Shown here piece after piece: positions 11,311 to 22,889 of a stretch of 64,000 bases of DNA. The position numbers and the translations under genes were made by a program. The notes under the pieces were generated by a model. That model saw only the letters and a list, made by a program, of their open reading frames with translations. It was not told the DNA's origin and did not search any database. Where the stretch lies: contig CM052817.1 of assembly GCA_028534125.1 (NCBI GenBank), positions 3,908,001 through 3,972,000 of the forward strand, written 5' to 3'. The stretch comes from Lama glama (taxonomy: Eukaryota). The number at the start of each line of letters is the position of its first letter. Position 1 is the stretch's first letter.

Positions 11311-14300
11311 AAGTAAATGGGAAAAGTGGTACAGGTCAAAAGTGGGTAAAAATAAACCCAAATATACCAGCAATTACAATAAATGTATTACTAGAAATAG
11401 AAGGTCCCTGCTTAATGATGTTTTAATTCAACAGGAAGAGAGTACATCTCTAAACCTGTATGCACTTCACCACATAGCTTCCCACCGTGTGAACCCAAAC
11501 CCGACAGACCTACAAGGAGAGACGGACAAATCCTCCACTGGAGCAGGTGGTGACCACGCCGCCTTTCTCTAGGTGACTGGTGGCTCAGGCAGGTAGGAGG
11601 ACTTGGGAGTCAGCCAGGGGTGATTTAAGTGACCACATTAAGGAGCACTTCATTCATTCTTCTGAGTCTCAGCATATCTGCAACCATGACTGTGAGAGGT
11701 AAGGGACGTGGGTGAATTGGGCATGATTTACAGGACATTGAAGAAATGGTGAGAATGATTGTGTGCCCCGACCCAAGTTCAGGATACCTTTAACTAACCG
11801 AGAATTATGTCGTGGGTATTCGCAGATGACCATGAGAAGGATCAAAGATCAATTTCATGTGTCTCAGTTGGAGAGAATGTTTCAGGGCCTCCCTGGAACC
11901 CAGGCATCTTTTGCCGCCTAATGACTCCTAGTCCAAATACAGAACCTCACTGGAAGTCCCAGTGTGGTCGGACCATAAAATTAAATTCCAGAAGGCCACA
12001 AGAGGGCCAGAGACACCTGGCTTCAAAGCTTCGCACCAGGAGATGGCTGGTTACTTGACAGGAATCCTGGACAAATGGAATGCCGAGGCCCCAAGGAATC
12101 TCAAAGACAAGACAGTGCAAATCCACATTTTACAGTGGTACAGGAAGAGACTTGCCCAAGGTGACAGATGAAGCAAGGGGCAGGGGCAGGGGCAGGAGTG
12201 GAACGAGCCCTGCGACCCTGGCCCGTGCCTTCTGCGCCATCCACTGTCTGTTGTATCGTCAGCTCTTCCCCGAGCTTCTTCCCTTCCTCTGGGCTCAGAC
12301 ACTGGATACTGCCCTTGGGTCCCAAGGTGCACATTTCATGTACTTGGTTGTCCCCAGTTTACCCTCATGGTGCCCCAAACCCCAAATGCCTTCATCCAAG
12401 GGGTTAGCTTAGCTGAGGAAACACCCAGATGCAGAGGCCTCAGCAGTTCTGTACTGGGACGATGGGGCCATAAGTGTTGGAACCCCACGTAGCCTCTTCT
12501 CCCACTCGCCACCTCCATGTAGAACTGATCACCTAACACAAGGTCTGTGATTCCTCTGGGGAGCCCTCCCCTCTGCCCGGCTGGGTTACATATGCCCTCG
12601 TGTCCTCTAACCCCCAGCACTTCTCACCCAACAGGTGCGGTCCGTTAAAGTGCTCGTCTCACCCACTAGGGGAACAAGCCCTTTGAAAGCCGCAGCTGTG
12701 GTAAAGTTGGGGCTACAAGGTTTAGCCAGGGTGGAGCACATATCAGCTCATTGATACATATTCAAGTGCATGAATGAATGGGTCAATGACTCTCCAGGGA
12801 GCCAACTGTTCTTTGGTGTCCCTAGGACCTAGTACATTGCCAGCAAAATATCTGCTGAATATATAAGTGAACAAATGAATAAGCAAATCCACTCTATGAA
12901 ATCAGCTGGTCAGGGTCTGCGGGAGGACACCTGGAACCTGGGACACGGGCAGGAGGGACCCGGGCTCCCTGATCCCACCCAGCCCCCAGGGACTCTCACA
13001 CTTCTCAGACTAGACATGGTCCTTCACGGATTGTTCCTGCAACATCCTAGAGGTCCGCAACTCAGTCGGCGCTTGCGGCTGCATCCCTCTACAGAGTGCT
13101 CTGCACTGGGGGCTTTTATTTTGAAAACAGCGAAGACCTGGGTGCTGAGAAGGGGCAGATGGCATGCCAGGGGCCAGTGGATGTTGTGCCAGGAGCTCTG
13201 GCACCAGTCAGTTCAGTGCTCCTGGGCAAGTCCCTGAGAGCTTCTTCAGCCCAGGTTGCCTCCCCTGAGCAATGAGGATAATAAAGACCTCTGAAACTTG
13301 CGAAAATGAGGCAAGGTATGTTAATATCTGATCCCACGTAGATTCGCACAACACAGACCTGTTTTCTTCTCATTTCCACACAGCCGACACCCTGGCACGG
13401 CCGGGAGCTGCAGGGGCTCAGCCGTGGGAAACAGCAGAGACAGGATCAGTGCTGTTTTCACTTGGGCCCCTTGAGTGGCCTTAGAATTTGACTTATTTCA
13501 GCACGTCTGTATCCTAGAGACTGATTTTTCTCTTCGTGAGTTTGCTGAAAGCAAAAGTAACCATCCCAGGTACCATTTATCTAAAAAGGGAAATGTATTT
13601 CTTTGAACTAAAAGCATGTTTGCCTAAAAGACACCATACTCAGAGAGGGCCTCACAGAGAATCCCTGTATTTTCACCTCCTGCCCTTCTCCATTTGACAC
13701 TGCTGCACAGTCACCCACCATCTGGCTAGGAAAGGGACCCTGAGGCTAGGGGTCCGAGAGAGGGGATGTGCAGACCCTCAGTCCTGGCAACCCCAGCCTT
13801 GTCTGGCTGCATTCACAATGGTCCTGGCTATTACCCACTGGTTAAGCCATGGCAGAAGATACAATCACCCCTCTAAAAGCCAAGGACGACAGACTTGGGG
13901 GCCGGGCTGGATCTGAAATTGGCTGCTGCAATTCCAATCCTGACAGACGTCACAAGCAGGCAAAGGAAGTTAAGGCAGGGAGGCGGTAGGTCAGGCCCCA
14001 TTTCCCTTCTGCAATTATAGCTGTGATACCTCCAAATTCACAGCCTTGTCTGTCCATTTCCCACAACCACACACGCATTTTCTAAGCCGTCAACATGAAA
14101 GTGTTGACCTGCTCAAACCTTTCCATGGTTCTCCATTACTCTGTTTCTCAAAAGTTTTCAGCAAACCACCCTTAACTTCAGAGGGCCTTGCTACCCACCG
14201 TGTGCAACTCCATTTAGTAGCAAAGCCATTACTTGGGAGCCTGACAGAAGTGCAGAAGTCAGGTCCTTAATGGCAGGATTAGAATCTGTATTTTAATAAG

Positions 14301-15319
14301 ACTGCAGGGGTTCAGGTGCACCTTAAGTTTGAACAGCACTGCTCCAGGGGCCCAGGGCAGAGCCATAAGCAGCCCGAAGTGTGAAACTTCTTTAGTGAGT
14401 GGCATGTCGTTTAGTGAAAGTTACAAAAGTATTTTTCCTTTCAAACATGCAAATAAGTGACTATCCAGCATGTCCCAGTGTATCTCTTGGCAGTGGGTAC
14501 AGCCCAGAACACAAAGACCCCAGGTGGAGAAGCCTGGACACACAGGATCAAGTTTAAGCTCTTCAAAGTCACAAGAAGACCTCCGAACCATGCTTCCTAC
14601 TCCCTCATTGGCTCCCTGAGCTCTCCAAACACCCCAAGCCCTCTCCACCATGCCACACTTCTCCCTGTGGATGGACCCTGGGCCAGTTCTGGATCCTGAG
14701 TGCCTGGGCAGCTGTGCTCACACTCCCAGGCCCAGACCAAGAATCCTCAGTCTGGAAAGCTTTCTTCCTCGAACTCCCCGAGCTCAGCTGACTCCCTCCA
14801 CAGTGCTCCTACCACAGCATGAACACAGGGTGCCCATATCTCTTTGACTGCCTACAGCAGGACTGGTTTACATTTATGATCCCAAACTTATCAGGCACTG
14901 TTCTAAGCTTCTTACAAACATCAGGTCCAAGTGCGCAAGCACTTCATTCCCTGATGGACCCCAGCACCTGCAGGCACTCAATTTATGTGTCAAATCAAAG
15001 ACCAGCACTGGGAGTACTGTATTGTAATTATGTGTTCATGGACCTGTCTCAACCTACGAGGTCGCTTCTCCTGGAAATTCCTAATGCCCAGCAGTGTCTG
15101 GAGCGGCACATGGTCACAGTGAATGTTAACTAACAATGAACTTCAGCTCCCTGAAGGCAGGGGCCAGACCAGGTGCTTTCATGAGGCCCCTTCCTATTCC
15201 CCACACCTGCTACAGCCCCTGTAGATCAAACCTCCCTCTGGGCTATAGGCTTCTGAACACATTTCCTAAATCAGAAGTGTCTGACCTCCTTTTGACAATG
15301 ACAACAACAAACGAGAAAT

Positions 15320-16386
15320 TTTCATTCTGGAAAAAGTTTATTTATCTCACCTTTTATCGGGCAACTCAGTGGCTTTGGTCATTTGCACAAAGATTCTAAA
15401 AACAGGCTTTCAGCATTTGTGTTTCTAAGCAAATGAACTTTGTCATAACAAGCTAGAGCTCTGAACCCACTCCCTGTGGGGTCTGCCCTGATGACCGAGG
15501 CTGGACATCATCTAAACCTGGAAGATGCCTCCTACTCTCGGGCTGAGGCCTACCACGGCCAGCTCCGCGCTATCCTCCCAACTCTGCCAGGCCTCTGCAG
15601 CGGTCATGTGCATCTGTGGCAAGAAGCCCCTAAGCCCATAACTACAGTATGTGGAAACATTTTACCCCAAAGTCAGCAAATCCATGTAGTACCTAGAACT
15701 CATGCCCTCTTCCAGGTTACTCACCAGACAGGTCACATGATGTGCATCAGTTAACATGCCACGGAAAAATTATAATTCTGAAAAAACAAACAAAACCAAA
15801 AGAACACAGCTCCCTCCGTTGATGAGATGAAATACAAAATCCGAACACCCACACACCACCATTCTCCATGCCCAGCAGCCCTCTGAGCCTTCTCAGTCCT
15901 GTCCAAAGAAGAGGCATCCACACCCTTGACTGGGGTTTGGGTTCTTGCTTCAGCAGCTGCAGCCAAGTAGGGTCTCCTTTCTCGCAGAACTTTTACTTAC
16001 AGCTCCTTTCATGGGTCCCAAATTCCAGGAAACATTGAAAAACAGCAAAGTACAAGAAAGATACTTTCAAACTTTAAAAATACAATAACATCACAGTACA
16101 AAAATATGACCACACGGCAGCTTACACTCTAGGCCCTATTCCTTTATGTAAGAGCATTTAATTAAAAGCTGTCTTTTCCAACCTGAATGCACCTAATCAT
16201 CAAGGTTCACCTACGACGATATAACACTGAAGTCATCTACCACACTGGTACTGGAGATTTGGCGTTTAACACGGTGGAAACGCAGATAGAAAAGTTGGGG
16301 AGAGAAAAAGAAAGGCTCTCTTGGTTTCAGCCTCATCAAGCAGTCAGTACTCCTTACCAGCTGAACAGAGTCCCTCGGCGGATAAC
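15320..16386 (-). other. 3' non-coding exon of the MRFAP1L2-like locus
   Basis: 16300-16412 is homologous to MRFAP1 31210-31317 (AAAGGCTCTC..GGTTTCAGC...), with acceptor AG at 16387-88; AATAAA on - strand at 15337-15342. Confidence 0.6.
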
Positions 16387-16724
16387 CTAGAGGACAAGTG
16401 GCAAAATTCATCACAACGTTAATTCTAAGACTCTCCTATCACTAAGGCAAACACCTCCGACCACCCAAGCAAAATGCCCTGAGGTCATCTGACACCGGGC
16501 CGTTTCATCACAGTATTTGCAAGTTTTCTTCTCGCACTTCTGTAACAAGCCCCCTCTTCCTTTTTTTTGGCCCGATGCCCTAGGTTTTAACCCTAGTGAG
16601 TGATCTGGTCCGCATCCTGCAGACATTTTAGTGGGAAGTGGTCTCTACGTTTCACAACGACACAGCAAATCATTTTCTTCTAATCAGCATTTTCTTCTAA
16701 TCAGCAACATTAAAAAATAACACG

Positions 16725-17176
16725 CTACCTAAGCGAAAAGCTTGGCACGGTCCCACCCTCATTGCCCCCGCCGCCTCCCCGCCGCTCCCGCGTCAGTCGG
16801 GAACACGCGCAGCCGTCGATCTGCTGGTGCAGCTCCGCCATCCTCCTCCCCATCAGCGCGGCCTCCACCGCCTTCCTCTCCGCCTCCTCGCACAGCTTCG
16901 TCACCCTCCCCTCCGCCTCGGCGCCGGCCTGTGGGCGGGGTCCAGGGCCTGCCCCTCGCTGGCGACCGCGCCCTGCAGGCTCCCGCTGCCCCGCAGCCTC
17001 CGGCCGGCCCAAGGTGCGCGCACGTGCTGGCGCTGGAGGGCGGCGGCGGCCCGGCGGGCGGCGGGCAGCGCGGGGCTCGGGAGCTTCTCCCAGTGGTCGT
17101 CGGACGCCCGCGCCCCGGCCCGCGGGACCGGCCAGCCGGCTGCTACTGCCTGGCGCGGGGCTCGGCGGAAGCGCTG
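16725..17176 (-). pseudogene. MRFAP1L2: MRFAP1-family third paralogue (MRFAP1L2/LOC93622 orthologue), disrupted reading frame
   Basis: One frame gives SDDHWEKLPSPALPAARRAAAALQRQHVRAPW (colinear with [31 protein letters not shown]). A different frame gives AEAEGRVTKLCEEAERKAVEAALMGRRMAELHQQIDGCAC. No ATG at the homologous start. The expected TGA reads CGA. Confidence 0.75.
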
Positions 17177-17480
17177 CTGTGGCGAGCAACAGGTTCTTGA
17201 GTTTTGTTCGCTGGCTTCTTAATAAACATTTGCTTTTTGCCTTAAAGCCACGAAAGCCACACCCAAAGTGGCCCCCAGCCGCCGACCGGCGCTCTGCCGC
17301 TTTGCGGCCCCTTTCACGACACGCCGGGACCCCCTTACGGCCGTGCCCCCAGTGGGGCCCCTGAGCAGGCGCGTGCTGGCGGGGCGCCTGGGTCTCAGGC
17401 CGCGTACGGCGAGGGTGCCGTTAGGGACGCGCCTTCCCCTTCCCAGTCGCGGCCCTTCCCTTGCCGTCGCGTCTTCAGGG
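17177..17480 (-). promoter_or_regulatory. CpG-island promoter/5' region of the MRFAP1L2-like locus
   Basis: CpG-rich; 20-bp exact match TGTCGTGAAAGGGGCCGCAA to the MRFAP1 5' region; acceptor-like CCTGTTGCTCGCCACAG ending at 17177. Confidence 0.65.
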
Positions 17481-17589
17481 CATGGGTTTTAACATCGAGT
17501 TTCAAAAGTGGGTTTTCTACACCAGAAATGCAGAGTTACACCAAACACCAGGGCCGCGAAGGCCCCGGCTGCCCTTCCCTTCCTCCCCT

Positions 17590-18168
17590 TGAGGTGGGGA
17601 GCCCCATAAAAAAGACCGGCAAGACCGCCAGGAAGGGCCACTACTCTCCTGCCAGCACCACCGGTTCCCTGGCCCCGCAGCTTCATTTCCCTTTTTGCCT
17701 CTGAGAGGCTTACTTCTAGGAGAGTGGAATTTACCCCTAAAAGTCTATTGGCTCCCTGAGCGAACTCCTGATTGGCCCATTTGTAGTGCTTCATTTGCAT
17801 GGAGCTCACTCCTGATTGGTTATTTCTCTCACTCCTGGTTGGTCCACTTCACTCACTCCTGATTGGTGCATTTCCCTCTCTCCTGATCGGTCCATTTCTA
17901 CAAAGCTTGCTCCTCATTAGTCTCCTTTGTTATACCTTATTTACATATGATGTTGCAAAATGTTGCAAAGTCTGAACTGGTAGCCTATAAAAGCCTATGT
18001 AACCCTATAGACGGGGGCCAGAGCTTGGAGTGTTAAGTCGTTTGGGCGTTCTGGTGTAATAAACCTGAGTTCTCCAACTCTCGAAGTGCTGCTTGGTCTC
18101 TCGCTCAGACCCAGGTTGCCGTCACAACTGAGCTATAACACTGAGCTGTCATATGCTTTTCTGCAACA
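17590..18168 (+). mobile_element. ERV1-type solo LTR with tandem CCAAT boxes
   Basis: TGAGG...CAACA termini; perfect TSD CCCT; repeated CTCCTGATTGG; TATAAAA (~17985); AATAAA (~18058). Confidence 0.85.
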
Positions 18169-18549
18169 CCCTCACTGAACTCAAGTCAAGGGCAAGGTTG
18201 AGTTGGAGCCGCCTGGCAAGAGTGGGTCCTCAGGGGAACTGTACTTAAGTGGAATCTGTACCAAAGTGTATTGTCTGTGAAGAGAGTTCTTGGAGGGTGC
18301 AATCCTCATCTTCAGTTCTGTCCATAGTCTCAACCTGGGTCCAGCAGGGGCTCAGTAAATTTTGGTTTATCCTAACATGTACTATTTGGAAGGGACAAAT
18401 GAGTAAGTTTTATGTCCTAGCCCTGTGGTTCTCTTCCGCCCCAACACTAACAGTAAAGACTGGGGGTTTGGGGTTGGCAGGGGTGAGGAGGCGGGATCCT
18501 GCTTGCACAAGTGCTCAGGACTCTTGGGCCTCAGTTTTCCAGTAGATCA

Positions 18550-19479
18550 TGTAAAGAAAAAGACGTTGCCTGCCATTGCAGTTTTACCAGGATAAAGCCA
18601 TCAGCCACTGTGGTTGCCCCCTTACAGTTCACCCGGTGAGGAATAAAGGATAGAAAAACAAGAAGCATTTTGTGCTTTGGGTATACTAGCTCCTAGCTGG
18701 TTAAGATACACATCTAAGGAAAAATTTCAGCCCCCTCAGATTTCTTGCATATTGCCACACATAGAAAAGCACTAAAACCATTAACTTGAGATGTTCTTTG
18801 CGATTAGTCTTTTGATGTTTGAAACGTGTTTTTTTTTTTTTTTTCCCAGAAAAAATTTTGTATGTGTTAGGGGACTGGGCTGGCTGGTGTGCCTGTGGTA
18901 AAAAAATTTACCAGAGACAAAGAAAAGTTTAATAAAGATAAGAAAGTTTAATAGATACACTGCTACAGACAACGGTGGGCCACACAGACAAGAGGTGTCT
19001 GTGTGAGCCTGGAGGGTTGGTTGGTGGGGTCTTTTATAAGGTAGGGTCACAAGGTTCCTGATCAGCTTGTGCACAAGCCTCTGATTGGTTGCAGGTGAGG
19101 TAAGAAGTTTAGGGTCAGTGAAGGGCAGTGGGATTTATGACTCTGATAAAATGGGCTGAAACAAACCAGCCTGAGCTATTGTGAGATTAGGCATGACCTG
19201 GGGCTATTAGTTCGGTAGGGCAAACACGCCCAGCAAAGAATGTACTGTATCTGTTCAGGGATCACAGGCAGACATCTGAGAGCCCAGGAATAGGGTGTCA
19301 TTGGACTTTGAAGGCGGCGAGTGGGCCCCACAGTTTGTATTCTGGCTCCTCCCTTGCCTCTTCAGAGCATTTCCTCAGAACTATCTGAGAGGCTGTTTCC
19401 TGGGCTATAGTCCTCAGTAACACACTGAATAAAATTCAACCCACAACTTTTACATTGTGCATTTTTCTTTCAGTTGGCA
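18550..19479 (+). mobile_element. ERV1-type solo LTR carrying a nested second LTR-like insert (~18864-19333)
   Basis: TG...CA termini; TSD ATCA; homology to 10899-11310 is broken by a ~470-bp insert flanked by TTTGTAT direct repeats. Confidence 0.7.
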
Positions 19480-19798
19480 ATCAAATGGAGTCAGTAGCCC
19501 TATGGCACGATACCCATCAGAGCCACTGAGAGGATTAAGTGAGAAAATGGGTGCAAAAGTGCCTTGTAAACTTGCTAAAGCACCAAGCAGATGCAAGCGG
19601 TATTATTATTAGACTGCATAATCTGGTGGTTGAGGGAAAAGTGTTGGCATTAGACAGATCTGGGATTTGAGTTGTAGCTCCACTACTTGCTGGCTGGGAA
19701 ATTTTGGGCAAATTAGATAACAGCCGGAAGGTAGCTCTCTGTGCCTCAGTGTCCCCACCTGTACCTAGTGAGGTTGGGCACCAAGACCTCTAGGGAGG

Positions 19799-21478
19799 TG
19801 TAGCAGGCAGAGTGGCCCCCAAAGATGTCCATATCCTGATCCCAAGAACCTGAGATTATATTGTGAACTACATATTTTGTAATTATGAATATATTACATG
19901 GTAAAAGGGACTTTGTCGATGCAAATAAAGTTAAGGGTCATAAAATAAGCAGTTTTGCCTGGATCATCCAAGTGGGCTCAATTTCTGCCCTTTAAAGCAA
20001 AGAATGCTCTTGGGCTGGATTTAGGGAAATGGGGTAGAAAAGGAAAGCAGGAGGGAATCAGAGACATTCCAAGCATGAGATAATCGGATGTGCTGATGCT
20101 GGTTCTGAGATGTAAGGGGGTTTGGACTCTAGCTTCACAACTTGTTGTCTGAGAGATTTTGGACAAATCTAAAGCATGAGAAGGATCTGAGGTACCATGG
20201 CTGGGTCTGAGACGAAGCAGCCATGTGCAAGGTGTCAACGGAAATAAATAGTGCAGGAGGCTGCAAATAAGAAAAGAGTGTATTTGGGATCTGAGGAATT
20301 GCAATTTGGAAGACACAGATTCAGGGTAACCATGAAAGAGTGTTCTGAGGAAGAGAAAGAGGCTTATAAACGCAAAAAGCCATGAGATTGTTAAAAATTG
20401 CCTGGCAAGAACTGTGACTGACTCTGACGTGAGTCAGAAAATACTTATCCTTAAGGAATCACAAGTTGTTTTAGAGTGGGGGGCCCGATAAGTAGATACA
20501 CTGTCACAGGTTATTTTAGGGCAAGGTTCTGATAAGTATCTGGAGTTTCTGGCAGGGGTTCTGGATGACTTCATAAGATCAGAAAGTCAGATTTCACCCT
20601 TAGAGATGAGTGTAAGTCACACTCCTTTAATAGCCGTTGGCTCCATTCCAGAGAGCTCTCTGAGCAATACTTACTCCCTTTTGATCGAGATCTTTCTTCA
20701 GAAAGCATTGATAACCAATCATTTGGTTATTTGGCGTTGGTATCAACAGCCTCAGTGCTGGGAAGGCTCATCCCCAGAGTCACGTTCCATGGAGGAGGGA
20801 AGGAGGTGGTTGTGTGAGAGGAGTACCTTTAGAGAACTTGTGGCCACAAGTGAACAACAAGGAGCCACTTTAGGAAGTGAATCTTAGGCAGTCTTCAAAA
20901 TAGGCGTGGATCCTCATCAGGAGGAATCTCATACTGGTGGTTAATCACTTCCAGACATTGAATTGTCGTTACTCCCAGTTCAGTAATATGATCTGAAAGT
21001 TTATCAGAAACATGGACTCTAGAGTAAGTGTCAGAGTCTTTCCATGAATCTTTCTCAAGATAAACCATATTTGTAAAAGCATTGGAATAAAGTAATAACT
21101 GTCTAGAAATGACAAAGGACTTAAAAACGCCCATTATTGAAGATCTGAGAGTTTAAAAAGGACCAGAGAGAGGGCTCTAGGCACTGGGGGTGGCCCTCAG
21201 CCAGCAGCCAGCAAGGGCTTGGGGACTTCAGTCCTGCATCCCCAAGGAACCGGACTCTGCCAGCACCCTGGAGGAGCCTGTAAGCAGGTTCTTCCCGGAG
21301 CTTCCTGATAAGAGGCCAGTCAGCTAACACCTTGCTTTCGGCCTTGTCAGACCCAAAGCAAAGCAGACTGCTAAGCCAGCTTGGATTTCTGCCCTTCAGA
21401 ACTGTGGGAATACATTGTGTCACTTTGAGCTGCTAAATTTGTGGTAATTTGTTACAGCAGCAATAGAAAACTAGTGCA
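19799..21478 (+). mobile_element. MLT1D-like LTR interrupted by ERV-derived sequence (~20240-21140)
   Basis: TGTAGCAGGCAGA start, ...AGCAATAGAAAACTAGTGCA end; perfect 5-bp TSD GGAGG. Confidence 0.75.
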
Positions 21479-21749
21479 GGAGGGGTCGGGTTGAAAGTGG
21501 GGCTTTAAGTTTAGTCTGCAGAACATTTGTATATAGTTAGAAGAAAGTTTGTCGTGAACCTAAGGATGGGGGAACATGAATAAAGCTCCCCCCACGCCTT
21601 GCCACAGCCTTATTCTCCTCTGACCTGTGTTTTCATACATTTTGGATTCTCTCTCTCCCTCTCTCCCTCCCTCTCTGTTCCCCTCCTCTTTTTTTTTTTT
21701 TTTTTTTTGCTAAGATGTGTGTTGCAATCTTCCAACTGAGATTTGACTA

Positions 21750-22885
21750 CATTTATTTTTCAAAATAGACTTTAGTTTTTAGAAAACTTTTTGGTTTACA
21801 GAAAAGTTAAATAGATAGTAGAGAGTATGTGCTTCCACTTTCCACTTTGATTAAGTCTGCTTTGATAAACACAAAACTTTAGTTTAAGAAAGTTTTAAAA
21901 ACTATGGTAAAATATGCATAACAGAAAATCTACCATTTTAACCATTTAAAAGTGTACAGTTTAGCAGCATCAAGTACATTCATACTGTTGTGCAACCATT
22001 ACCACCATCTGTCTCTGGAAATTTTTCATCTTTCCAGATGGAAACTCTGTACCTATCAACCAATAAGTCCCCATTCCCCTCTCCCACAACCACTGGAAGC
22101 CACCATTCTACTTTCTGTGCCTATGAATTTGAATGCTCTAGCTTAAAAAAAATTGAGATGAAATTCATGTAACATGCAATTAACCACTTTAAGGTGTACA
22201 ATTCAGGGACACTAGTGATGTGACCGCCAGCTCTCTAGTTTTAAAACTTATTCATCAACCCATAAACACACCCATTACCCTTCTCTACTCTGAAGTCATA
22301 AAAATGTTCCTTCGTATTTTCTTCTAAAGTATTTAGCGTTTGATTTTTCTTATTGTGGGTAATCCATCTGGAAATGGAGTTTGTGGCAGGAATCTAATCG
22401 CAATTTTCCTCACATGTACAACTAGTTATCCTAGCCCTGCTTACTGAATATTTTATCCATTCCCTTTGGTCTGCAAAGTAACATCTGACATGTGTCAAGT
22501 CTCCATTTTTGCTTGTGTTTATATTTGTTCCATTGGTCTCTATCTCTGAGCTATGATTAAATTGACAATGACTAAATTAGCTTTATAGTAAGTATTAATA
22601 TCTGGTTACGTATGGCAATTTCCCTTCCTGGTTCTTTTTCTTTAGAAATGTCCTGGCTTTTCTGCTTGTTCATCTAAAATTTGAATCAGTTTTTAAATTT
22701 TGACCCAAACAATCAAACAGACTCACCTAATGAAATTTTTATTGGGATTGAATTGACTTGTTGGCCCAATTTGGAAGAATTACAATACTATTTCTGTCAA
22801 TCTGTTTAGTTGTTCCTTAATGTATTTTAATACAATTTTATGCATGAAGGTTTTACATTCATTTTGTTAAAAATTTCCTAGTTAC
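21750..22885 (-). mobile_element. Old L1M fragments
   Basis: L1 3' antisense motifs (TTAACCATTTAAAAGTGTACAGTT...TTGTGCAACCATTACCACC). Confidence 0.65.
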
Positions 22886-22889
22886 CATT

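Noticed and set aside
12907..12921. 15-bp match (TGGTCAGGGTCTGCG) to recalled antisense S100P exon sequence
   Set aside because: Similarity does not extend on either side; consistent with chance.
16671..16706. 17-bp tandem duplication CATTTTCTTCTAATCAG x2
   Set aside because: Simple slippage duplication in probable intronic sequence; not an array with spacers.
16725..17189. 154-aa track ORF as an intact MRFAP1L2 protein
   Set aside because: Starts at a TTG inside an acceptor-like tract, and its N-terminal two-thirds are out of frame with family homology.
17333..17338. GTAAGG as exon-1 donor of the MRFAP1L2-like gene
   Set aside because: Aligns to the promoter-side CCGTAAAGAGG of MRFAP1, not to its donor, so the role is unsupported.
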